A DNA stretch of 64,000 nt. Source: Ruditapes philippinarum (Eukaryota). The position numbers and the translations under genes are program-made. The notes under the pieces were generated by a model. The model was not told the origin of the DNA. It ran no database searches and saw only the letters and a program-made list of their open reading frames with translations. The stretch is from the NCBI RefSeq assembly GCF_026571515.1, contig NW_026864815.1, positions 1 to 64,000 on the forward strand. The letters are read 5' to 3'. The number at the start of each line of letters is the position of its first letter. Positions within the stretch are counted from its first letter, which is position 1. Below are positions 41,401 through 53,400 of the stretch, one piece after another.

Positions 41401-44400
41401 GTGTCTCGATCTATTTTTAGACTGGGAAAATCCAATTCAGCCAGTGAATATGATTCTATAAAAAGTTCTATTGACTACTGTTTGGACCAATGAGATTGCA
41501 GCTATATTTAGATCATATAATAAAGCATTTTAATTCTCTAGGGATCTATGTACTTTTCACTTCTTACTGATTGTACTTTAAAAGATTCTGGTAACAGTTA
41601 CTTAACAGTGACATTCTGGTATATTTTTATAGGTGTACTGCATGTGGCATACTGAGTATCTCCATATTTTTGCTGGCTGATGATATTCAGTAAATTATTA
41701 AATAAAATAATTTTTGTATTGGCAAAAATGCTAATCTGTTGAGGATTGTTACAGGCTGGAAACCTCACAAAACATCTAAGCTTTATAAAGAGGTACAAGG
41801 GATAGATATGTACAGATGCACATGTTGAAGAAGAGATGTTTGATCCATAAAAGTGTTTAAGATAAAACTGATTTTATAACGGATAGATTTTACTGTTAGT
41901 CATGTCTTTTAAAAGCTTATAAAGAAAGTTACTAACCCTTTAACTATTGGTTGAAAAGATGGTGTGGTGGTTCTGTCAGTGTTTGTCTACAACCAGTAAT
42001 ATCAGGTTAGCTGTAGCAAATGAGCCGCGTCACGACAAAACCAACATAGTGGGTTTGCGACCAGCATGGATCCAGACCAGCCTGCGCATCCGCGCAGTCT
42101 GATCAGGATCCATGCTGTTCGCTATCAGTTTCGCTACTTGTTATAGGGTCTGTAAGCGAACAGCATGGATCCTGATCAGAAGCAGGCTGGTCTGGATCCA
42201 TGCTGGTGGCAAACCCATTATGTTGGTTTTGTCATGACACGGCTCATATATTGTTACATGTTGTATATTACTACAAGGCCATGGGGGAATCTGTATGACA
42301 TGTTTGCCAAGTATACTCTCCTTGTGTTGTCAGCTGATATGTTATTTACAAGATTTCTATCATACTTTAGCTGTCTTTCCTATCAGAAAAGTGATTTGTT
42401 TAGTGATGTTTTCTGTAATGTTCACTGTTGGATGTACAAAATATTGTGGAAAAAAATTCTCACTTAGTTGCAGAACATTCACTTCCCTACATTTGACTCT
42501 ATGTTGCCTTTAGAAGCTCTTAAGCTCTTTCAGAGACAATTAATTGCCTGGGTGATAACCAGGATATGCCAAGGTCATACTTGCATTCTTAACTCAGTTT
42601 TAGTACAGTACTGTTTTAGTACAGTACTGTACTGTGATATTGCAGTTTCTGTAACAGAAGACTTGGACAATTCTTAATGCATTCTCAGGAGGACAACTTT
42701 ATTATACATATTTATTATAACACTGTTTCAAGGTTATTTGAGTGATAGACATGATCAGTACTTAGGTAATATTGAATTGGTAAAGTTTACTGCAGGATTA
42801 CTTGGTTGTCCATTCACCTGGGGACTAGTAGTTTGAATCTTTACTACAGCATATTCTGTCTTTTTGATAAGTTGGTCCAGTATAATAAGTTTTAAGTACT
42901 TGGAATGAAATTTTTAAGATGTTTTGTACAAAGATGGCATACATTGTTTTTTAAGAGCTAGTAACTTCATCAGATTTAATTTGAAATAATTTTTATTATA
43001 AACATTTTATGTTTTGCAATGTAAGGAGGAAAGTTGTAATTTGTAGAAATGGCATGCTAGCTGGTATGTTGACAGTACTAAGGCTGCCCATGTGAAGTCT
43101 TCTCAGTGACACTATTTATGAGTTTGTGCTTGAAAACATCTAAAAATAGCAATGGACATTGTCAAAACTAAAACCAGGAAAAAGTCCATTTTATAACATC
43201 AACATTGAAAGGTTTAACAAAGTGGGAGGAAACGGAATGAAACTGTAACACTTTGATTATAGTGGATCACTTCCGAAATGTATAATATATATCTACTGTT
43301 TAACAAAGTACTTAGGTATGCTTAACTAATTAGTAATAGCTGATTGGATTTCATCTGTTACTAAAATAAGGAGGTAGAGTGGAAAAAAAAAAAGAAGAAA
43401 TATTTCAGACAATAACAGTAACAGCAGAACAAATCCGTTATAAATGTCAAATTGTTTATGTAAGGTTTTTCTTTCCGAATTAAATTGTGTAAAACTGGAT
43501 TACGTTGCACGTTAGTCATAAACAGTCAGTGTTGCAGCTGTAGTGAACTACGGTAAATAGTTGCGTCTGCTTCTCAAGATTGAATTTTTGCAGTAATAAA
43601 AACTGCTAGGATACTTAAGTTAATTTAATACAGGAAAGTAAATTATCATCACCAAGCTGCTTTTCTGTATTTTTTTATTCTTTTCTTGAACAAGAGTTAG
43701 TTTTGAGAAGGTGTCGCAAATTACATACATGTAGTATGTAATCCTTTTTTAACCAAAAAAAAGCAAACTTAGCAAAAATCTTGGACTTTACAGCAGTGTG
43801 TTGTTATTTTTTAATTTTAGAAGAAAAAAATAGATGTTTGACTCATTCTATTTAATTTTGTTGATGAATTGTAAACTTTAAAATATATCTTATAAATTCT
43901 GGGCAGTTTTTCGGTGGAGAGATAGATAGAAAAGATACCCCTGGTTCATGTTGAAGGAAGTCTGGAAACTGTAAAATTAATGTTGTTGTTGTTGTTGTGG
44001 GGGTATAATATAAGGTGTAAGTGCAATTATTATATGTAATATATATATATAATACATTTTGTGCAGAATGCCAGCACTGACATGGTATAGAATTAATCAT
44101 CTCTCGTAGACAAATTTTGTGTTGTTTTTATTGTTGTGTGCATTATGGCTGAGAGGAAAGCACGTAGTGTGGAAATTACCTATGATCCATATACAAACAG
44201 AACAAAGGTAAGACTCACAGTATTTAAACATCTTTCAAATAATGTACTTTTCAATACTGGTGGTTTTTTTTTTTAATTTGTATACTGTAAACTGTCAAAA
44301 GTACTATTAAGTTAATGTGTTATTAAGTTTGCAGTTAGTACTATAAATGAGCTGCGTCATGACAAAACCAACATAGTGCGTTTGCGCATCCGTGCAGTCT

Positions 44401-47400
44401 GACCAGGATCCATGCTGTTCACTTACAGACCTTATAACAAGTAAAGAAACTGATAGCGAACAGCATGGATCCTGATCAGACTGCGCTGATGCGCAGGCTG
44501 GTTTGGATCCATGCTGGTCGCAAACGCATTATGTTGGTTTTGTCATGACGCGGCTTAAATAATCATTTAGAGTTGTTGCATATAGAGAAAAGGGTCTTGT
44601 ATTGTGGGGAGGTAGAAAATCTGTTGGAAATTTAAAAGTGTGCTGATGAATAAATATAGGTATACAAAATCATAAAGTTGAACTGTGCTCATGCATGGTG
44701 TCACTCCATTACATTGTGTTTCAATAAAATGTCATACATAATGTCATTTTATTTCTGATACTTTGGGAATATTATCTGATACTTTGGGAATGTTATCTTA
44801 TAGATTTACATGAAAAGATAAACAGTTCTTTAGGTGTCAACCCAATGATCAAAGGCTATTTTAAGTTATAAGAATATTTTGTAGGTACTTTGTTAGTCCT
44901 ATTGGTTAGCAGCAACATTATGATATTTGTCATTCTGGGATATATTCTCAAATCACAGTTGCTAGACTTATTATTCCTCACATCTCTTTCCAAGGTGATT
45001 GATGGACAAACTCAGTCCTATATGTAGTAGATGCTTGAACCTTTTTTACCAATGTCAGTGAGGAAACTTATTATGCATAAAGTACTAAGTTACAGTTCCT
45101 TTGAAGCTTCAAAATGTTTTAAAGGATGGGGTAAATGGTGCTATTTGTCTGGTATAATGACAGGTCAAGGTCTTTAACAACTACAAGTGATCTAAACACC
45201 TTGGGTACTACACTTAGGGCAGCAGTAGTTGAGTAGGGGTCTCAATGGCCGAATGGTTAAGGTTGATGGCTTCAAATCACTTGCCCCTAAACCCCATGGG
45301 TATAAATCCTGGCAGGGACTTTGGATTCCTTCATGTGATGAAATCAGCTTTTCAGTACTGAATGGCGACAGTTCTAATTATACCCCCAAAAACGAAGTTT
45401 GGGGGGGTATATAGGAGTCACCCGGTGGTCGGTCAGTTGGTCGGGCGGTCGGTCGGTCGGTCCAGACGTCCGTTGCATTTTCCTTGTCCGGAGCATAACT
45501 TGAAAACTAATGGTTGGAATTCAATATAACTACATACAATGGTCAAACACATTGAGAGGAAGTGCAGTGCACAAGAACCATAACTCTATCTTGACTAATT
45601 ACAGAGTTATTGCCCTTTGTTACTTTTCCTTGTCCGGGGCATAACTTGAAAACTACTGGTTGGAATTCAAAACAACTTCATACAATTGTCAAACACAATA
45701 AGGGAAAGTGGCAGTGCACAAGAACCATAACTCTATCTAAAGTAAATTACAGAGTTATTGCCCTTTGTTGCTTTTCCATTGCTTTTTTTTTGTCCGGACC
45801 ATAACTTGAAGACTAATATTTTGAATTCAATATAACTACATACAAAGGTCAAGCACATTGAGAGGAAGTGCAGTGCACAGAACAATAACTCTATCTTGAC
45901 TAAATTACAGAGTTATTGCCCTTTGTTACTTTTTCCTTGTCCGGGGCATAACTTGAAAACTACTGTTTGGAATTCAAAACAACTTCATACAATTGTCAAA
46001 CACAATAAGGGAAGTGCGTGCACAAGAACCATAACTCTATCTAAAGTAATTACAGAGTTATTGCCTTTAATGCTTTTCATTGCTGTTTTTTGTCCGGACC
46101 ATAACTTGAGACTCATGGTTGGAATTCAATATAACTTCATACAATGGTCAAGCACATTGAGAGGAAGTGCAGTGCATAAGAACTATAACTTTATCTTGAC
46201 TAATTACAGAGTTATTGCCCTTTGTTACTTTTCCTTGTCCGGGGCATAATTTGAAAACAACTGGTTGGAATTCAAAACAACTTCATAAAATTGTCAAACA
46301 CAATAAAGGGAAGTGCAGTGCACAAGAACAATAACTCTATCTAAAGTAATTACAGAGTTATTGCCCTTTAATGCTTTTCCATTGATTTTTTTGTCCGGAC
46401 CATAACTTCAAGACTAATGGTTGGAATTCAATATAACTACATACAATGGTCAAGCACATTGAGAGGAATTGCAGTGCATAAGAACCATAACTTTATCTTG
46501 ATTAATTACAGAGTTATTGCCCTTTGTTACTTTTCCTTGTCCAGGGCATAACTTGAAAAACACTGGTTGGAATTCAAAACAACTTCATACAATTGTCAAA
46601 CACAATAAGGGGAAGTGCAGTGCACAAGAACCATAACTCTATCTAAAGTAATTACAGAGTTATTGCCCTTTGTTACTTTTCCATTGCCTTTTTTGTCCGG
46701 ACCATAACTTGAAGACTAATGTCAGAATTCAATATAACTTCATACAATGGGTCAAGCAACATTGAGAGAAAAGTGCAGTGCACAATGAACCATAACTCCA
46801 TGTTGACTACTTACAGAGTTATTGCCTTTGTTACTTTTCCTTGTCCAGAGCATAACTTGAAAACTAACTGTTTGGAATTCAATACAACTTCATACAGTTG
46901 TCAAGAACATTAAAAGGAAGTGCAGTGCACTAAGAGCCATAACTCCATTTTGACAAAAATACAGAGTTACCTTGCCCTTTGATACTTCCTTNNNNNNNNN
47001 NNNNNNNNNNNNNNNNNNNNNNNNNNNNNNNNNNNNNNNNNNNNNNNNNNNNNNNNNNNNNNNNNNNNNNNNNNNNNNNNNNNNNNNNNNNNNNNNNNNN
47101 NNNNNNNNNNNNNNNNNNNNNNNNNNNNNNNNNNNNNNNNNNNNNNNNNNNNNNNNNNNNNNNNNNNNNNNNNNNNNNNNNNNNACGTACTGGTTGGAAA
47201 TTCAAAACAACTTCATACAATGATCAAGCACAATAAGAGGAAGTGCAGTGCACAAGAACTATAACTCTATCTTCAGTATTTATAGAGTCATTGCCCTTTG
47301 TTCCTTTTCTTTGTCTTTGTGGACTTATTACAGAGTAATTCAATTAAACTTCATCAATGGCCAACCACATTGAAAGGAAATGCAACATATAAGAACCACA

Positions 47401-50400
47401 ACTATCTTTAATTGCCCACAACCATAACTCTATATTTCAATTCTTTTACAAGGTATTCTGTTACTAGTAACATCTTCATTTCCGAAGCAGTCTTGTGGGG
47501 GTATTAATCACATTTAGTGATAGTTCTAGTTTAAGGTACCTGTTTGTTCCTGAAATAATGCAGATAGGTCTTCCTCCACCAGTAAAGCTAGAAAGTTGAC
47601 CTTTTAAGTATTGGTGTGACTTAAGATCCAATAAAACAAACAAATAGTTGAGCATTTGACTTGTAATGAGGTCAGCATTGTTCCCTGGCTTGGGCATGCA
47701 TACCGTACAACATATAAATTCAGAACTGGTCAATAAAATGGGACAAGATAGGGTATCTACAGGATGGTATTTCAGTTAAGTGAGCAGTTAAAGAAGATAT
47801 TCTGTTCATTGCTACATTAAGTATTAGGTACCATTAGCTTATGTTAAAATATAAGATCAACATGTACACTATCTGGACATAGCTTTCATTCATCTGACAA
47901 GTACATGCAAGAAAATGTAGAATTCCATGTCATTGTGCACCGTGTAATTTAGCATGTACATGAAAAATCTTTATGATCATGAACTACAACACAATGTTCA
48001 TGTTGTGTTTCTTGTGTAACATGTTGCCATCAAAACATTGCCTTTTGTTTCATTTTATGGATTTGTAAATTCTTTTTATATTGAAATTGTTAATATATGA
48101 AGTTCTGTTTAAGATTTAACACTGATATGAAGAAGGTATGTGATTTTATATGTTTTAAAGGGACACCATTAAGGTTTGACAAGGGCTGAGAATGATTTTT
48201 CAGAATAAATGTTCCGATATAGATCTAGATCAATAACTTGGGTGCAAATTTCAGATCATTCCTTTAGCTACTTTTTCTTATTGTGAAAAATGACCCAAAA
48301 TTGAAAGGGGTTGCAACACTTACCACTTGAATCAGGCTAAGGAGAGCACAAAAAAATTACAATTTCCAATTCATTTCTAGCGTATTTCTTAATTACTTTT
48401 TGCATATCTTTCTGTTTAAAGTGCCTGTTTATTATAATAAATAAGTAATTATGATTATTTGTTTTCTGGCTATTGGGCCTCAGTCAAGTTCCTTTAAACT
48501 GTTGTGTTTACTTTAGACAAAGTTGTTATTAGAGTTGTCATTGATAAAAACAATAATCAATGTATCATCAATATTTTCTTGTTGATTAATATTTAAAAAA
48601 AACAGTATTATTTAACTTTTACCAATTGAATATATTTAACTCTTACCAATTAAAATATTCAAAGTGTTCTAAAGTAGGTAATTTGGTTGATTCATCTTAA
48701 AAAAAAAAGAATTAGATATTGAATTTGAATAAAAAAGAGAAAGTGTACAACTCTTGTAAAATTAATTAAGTCATCACACTTGATGTTTCTTGTCAAGATG
48801 AATTGTCTTGTTTACAATATAGAGGTGTGGCAAACTAATTCAAGATTTTCTGTTGACTTTAACTTAAGGAGATACCCTATATATTGGATTGGTACAGGTG
48901 AAAACTTTACAAATTTGTGAAATTTGATGTGTTGAGGAAGAGTAATAAGTATGAGATTATTGTACCTTAGTTTATTTGGGTGTATGTTAAAGTTTAACTT
49001 AAATTTATTACAGATTTAACTAAAAATATTACAGAAATTGTTTAAGCTAATTCAGCATATATGCTAAGTCTGCTTTCATTAACCTGAATGTAATAAGTTT
49101 GCCAATTGATTTTATTGTTTAGTGATTCTGTAACTAAGTAACCCCCTAGCAATGTATCATCACCTAGATGTAACTGATGATTACTGCTTACATTAAAAAG
49201 TTAGTATGACAAACTCTTAATACTTTCACAAAATTAGATCTTATTTATAATTTACATTACCAACCTTTTAGTAACTGTTTATTTCAGCCTCCTATCTTTT
49301 ACCTGTAATTCTTATTGTAGTGAATTACTTGGTGACACTTTTCACTTATTACTTGGTCACACTTTTAAGTTATTATTTGGTCACACTTTAAAGTTTTATA
49401 CTTTGTAACACTTTTTGTAACACTTTTAAGTCATTACTTGGTAACATTTTAAAGTGATTACTTTGTAACACTTTTAAGTTATTATTTAGTCACACTTTCA
49501 TGCTATTACTTTGGTCACACTTTCAAGTCATTAATGCACTTTTGATAGATGCTGACAAAGTTAAATGAGGAATTGACCAGGGGTTTCATCTTACAATTCA
49601 ATAAAGTGGAAGATTTGTCATATAAGTATTATCATATTAAATCACCTTTCATCTCACAGCTGAATACAAGTTTATGGTCTTGTGGACATCTAGAGGAAAA
49701 ATATTTCACTCTGGTTTACTTCTATCTCAAAATAGAGAAGATAGGATAGTTCAAGTATGGTCAACTTGTTTACATGGGTGGTGAAAAGTAGACATGGAAT
49801 GTTCATAATTAATTTTTGCCCTGTTGTATGGTAAAGGTTTTTAGGACAGTAAACCTATAGTATAATGATAACATGACTTTCAGAGTTTTGTCATTGTGTA
49901 GGGTTTAAGGAAATTATTTTAAACTTCAATTTATACAATTAAATTGACAATAACCATTGTGTTAATTTAATTTAGAAAAAGAGAGGGGATTAATATTCAG
50001 AATGGTGTAAATGTAATAAGACAGGATATTAATATGTGTATTATTGGCAGTGTTGTGTATTTTTGACTTTTTATAATTGTCTGGAATGACTGCAGTTGAA
50101 GGGCTGTCATCATTCATTTTGGTAGCTCGGTGATTTTTTGGAACTGTCAACACCAGCAAATATTTATATATCCTTGCTGATGCACCACATTATCAAACTC
50201 TTCCTGGATCAGATAAACCAATGGCAAATTTTATATGACTATTGTACTCAGATGGTTTTGGAATTGAACTTTTATGGTTTTGATAGTAAACACATTGTAC
50301 TTATGGTGTAGGAGTTGAAATTTTATGGTTTACACAGGATTTGATTGTTATTATTTTCAATAGTGTAGAAAGTGTAACTTTAAGATATGGATAAAGGTGT

Positions 50401-53400
50401 AGAAGGGAATGCTAGTGTTGAAGTCAAAGTTTCAGGGGTCAGTGTTGACATAGATCTTGATGCTAAGGTAGGAAAGTTTGATTTGGGTGGTATTTCTGTG
50501 CTGCAACTTTTTCAATGAATTGTCTGTTTTTGTAGACCAATAATGTAACCAAACAAAAAATGCTGATAAGAGCCAGGGCCCGCAAAATCTGACTTTGACT
50601 TAATTGTCTGTTTTTATCTGAAATATTTCTTAACTTGTCTATATGTAATTATATAGTAAATTCTTGAAAATTTCCACTTGGCTGTGGGACAACCTGGGCA
50701 TATTCTGACAATTTTGCCGCCCCTGCTGATAACCAAACAGTATGAACCAGAATAACCAAAAAAAAAACAAAAAAACAAAACAAAAAAAACCTGAATATCA
50801 GAATGCAAAATCTGCTAATCATTTGTGAAATAAACCAATATAATCAATATATGTTAAAAGTAATTATAACGTAAAGTATAAACTGCAAGACTGCAGAGTT
50901 GTAAATAAAATAATATAAGCATACGGAGCAAAAGCTGCAAATAACAGTGAAATGATTAATTTTTGAGCCTGCTTTGTGTTGCAAATTAAGAGAACAACAA
51001 TAAGGTATTACAGGTAGATTTAATCTGCTATAGAACAAAAGGGTATAACAGAATGCATTATCATGCATTTTCTTTCAAATTAAAGAACAATTTAAATTTT
51101 TCAGTTATTAGTCAGAATTGATTTTTTTTCTTCTCTAATTTACTTCGTCTGTGACTAATATTTAATGTGAAGTTTTTATGTTTATTAAAAAAAAAAGAAG
51201 ATATTTTAAAGAATGTGTAACATAATGCCCCCAAAAACCTATTTAACATTAGATGATGTGAGGAGATAGATGTGATCTTGATGTATATCATAAGATAAAC
51301 AAGGGTTTTTATTTACCTTTCATTTTGCTTATATTGAATTTTAAGTGCAAAAATATCAGCTTTGTCTGGTTATTGCGTTACAGTAACAAAGTATGTCTCA
51401 AATTTCAGGCTTCTTAATTGGCTGGTTAACTTTGAATGAGTCACAGGATTTATGGTAAATAACCTGCAGATATCTTGAATCATTGTAATACATAAGTTTT
51501 GTTTAGCCCCTTCCTAAGTGCTTTCATGTGAAATGTACTTTTCTTGGTTTTAATTTGAAATTTTCAAATTATGAATTGCATTCTTGTCAAGATTAAAATA
51601 TTCAACTGGACAGTGGCTCAAATCTGTTCTTCTTGATACTGGTAATAGTCAATTAATGCTTAATGTTAAGTAATTGACAGGATAAACAGGTGCCCTCTCC
51701 CCTTACTAAAAACATAACTTCAGGTCTGAGTAGTGAAGTAAGTATATAAACATACAAATATGCAGATGTGTACACCAGGTTATAAACAGGTGTTTACTTC
51801 ATCTCTTTTTATAATGATTAATAAAGACATAAATTTCATTGATATAACATCTGCATAATTACTCTTCTATCATTATGATGTAACTGACAGAAAAATTCAA
51901 AGTTTACTTTTGAGGGAATAAAATACACTTAACTACAGAGGTAAAAGCAGTGTCACTGGTTATTTGACAGATCTGAATGTTCAGATAATTTGTTTACCTG
52001 TAATACAGTGTTCAAATTTCCACCCACAAATCAGCTCATGCATTCCTTCATGGAATGTAGGCTAGAAGTTATTACAACAATTTTAATATGCTGATGCAGA
52101 CAGCAATAAAATATTCATAACTTTTTACAAGATTATCATAAAAATTGTTTAATTTGAAGCAACCAGGAGAGGGGATTATTTTGAGGGTTCAAAGGTATGC
52201 TGTTGTGACTTACTGTTCACTGAGTTATGAATAGGTCGGTGTTAATTGCCTTGAACTTTTATAATGTTACATATAAAAACAAATGTAAACTTGTAAAAAT
52301 TTAGGCAGTTATTTTTGCAATAACATAATTATATTAAAATTTAACAAACTAAAGGATATGGGTTAAGGCAGTTGTCAAACATTAACTCTCCATAATGTTT
52401 TTGTTCAATTAATGATAATGTAGCTGCTAATGAGTATTTACTCATTGATTTTTTTGTGAATGAGTCTGGAATTTTGGAGGCTTGAAATTTTTGTAAATGA
52501 GTAAAACCCTTTATCATGTTCCTATGTTTATTGCATACAATGTATACATTTGTAAAATGTACGTATACCTACATTGTAGTTATTAAGCTTATTCCAAAAG
52601 AAATGTACATGTACTGTATAACTCTCCATTTAGCTGCCGTTAATTTTTGACATAAGTAATATTTTATCTTTAAAAGAATTTTAACTGTTGAAGAAATGTA
52701 AATGTAATTGTTTTGATAAAGATAAGTCACCAAAAGTGCTATATATCTTAAATATTTTTTTTGTTTTCAACCAATATTTACTTATTCGATATAAAGTTTA
52801 TCCGAAATCCAGTAATTTCATAAAACTCATGTCATTCTTTCCGGCATTGGTAGTTTTATTTTGAAATAATTTGCCTTTAAATGATAAAAAAATTAAATAT
52901 TCATTCTTTGAACTCATATAAGCAAAATCTTAAAATGTAAAAATGAAAATGGGTAAACAATATTCCAGCTGATTATCATCTTTTTTGTTTCTTTTTACGA
53001 TGATGGTTGAACGTAACTAATTAACAAGTACATGACAAGTTTTGCTGAGTAAATATAGCCCCTTATTACTGAGGAAAAACATTTACAGTCGTACTTATAT
53101 CTTAAATATGTTTTACTGTTCAAATTTGTCATCTGCAACTCACCGATGTTGGCAATGGCCTACGCTAATGTAAAGGACAGTACAGAACATTGTCTACATT
53201 AATAAGCAAAAAAGCACATGCTTTATTAATCTGACACAAACTGTCATTTAATCTTTACACAGAATCATTTAATTGTCAAGTAATTTGTTTGTCTTGGACC
53301 ACGGAAGTCACAGTCTGCAGTTTTGTGTACTTCTGCTTCCGTAACAGAGACGCTCTGATTGGCTTACAGCCCCACAAATGGATAGTATATTATCCTCTGC

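Noticed and set aside
46930-47236. ORFs containing runs of X
   Set aside because: Artefacts of the N gap.
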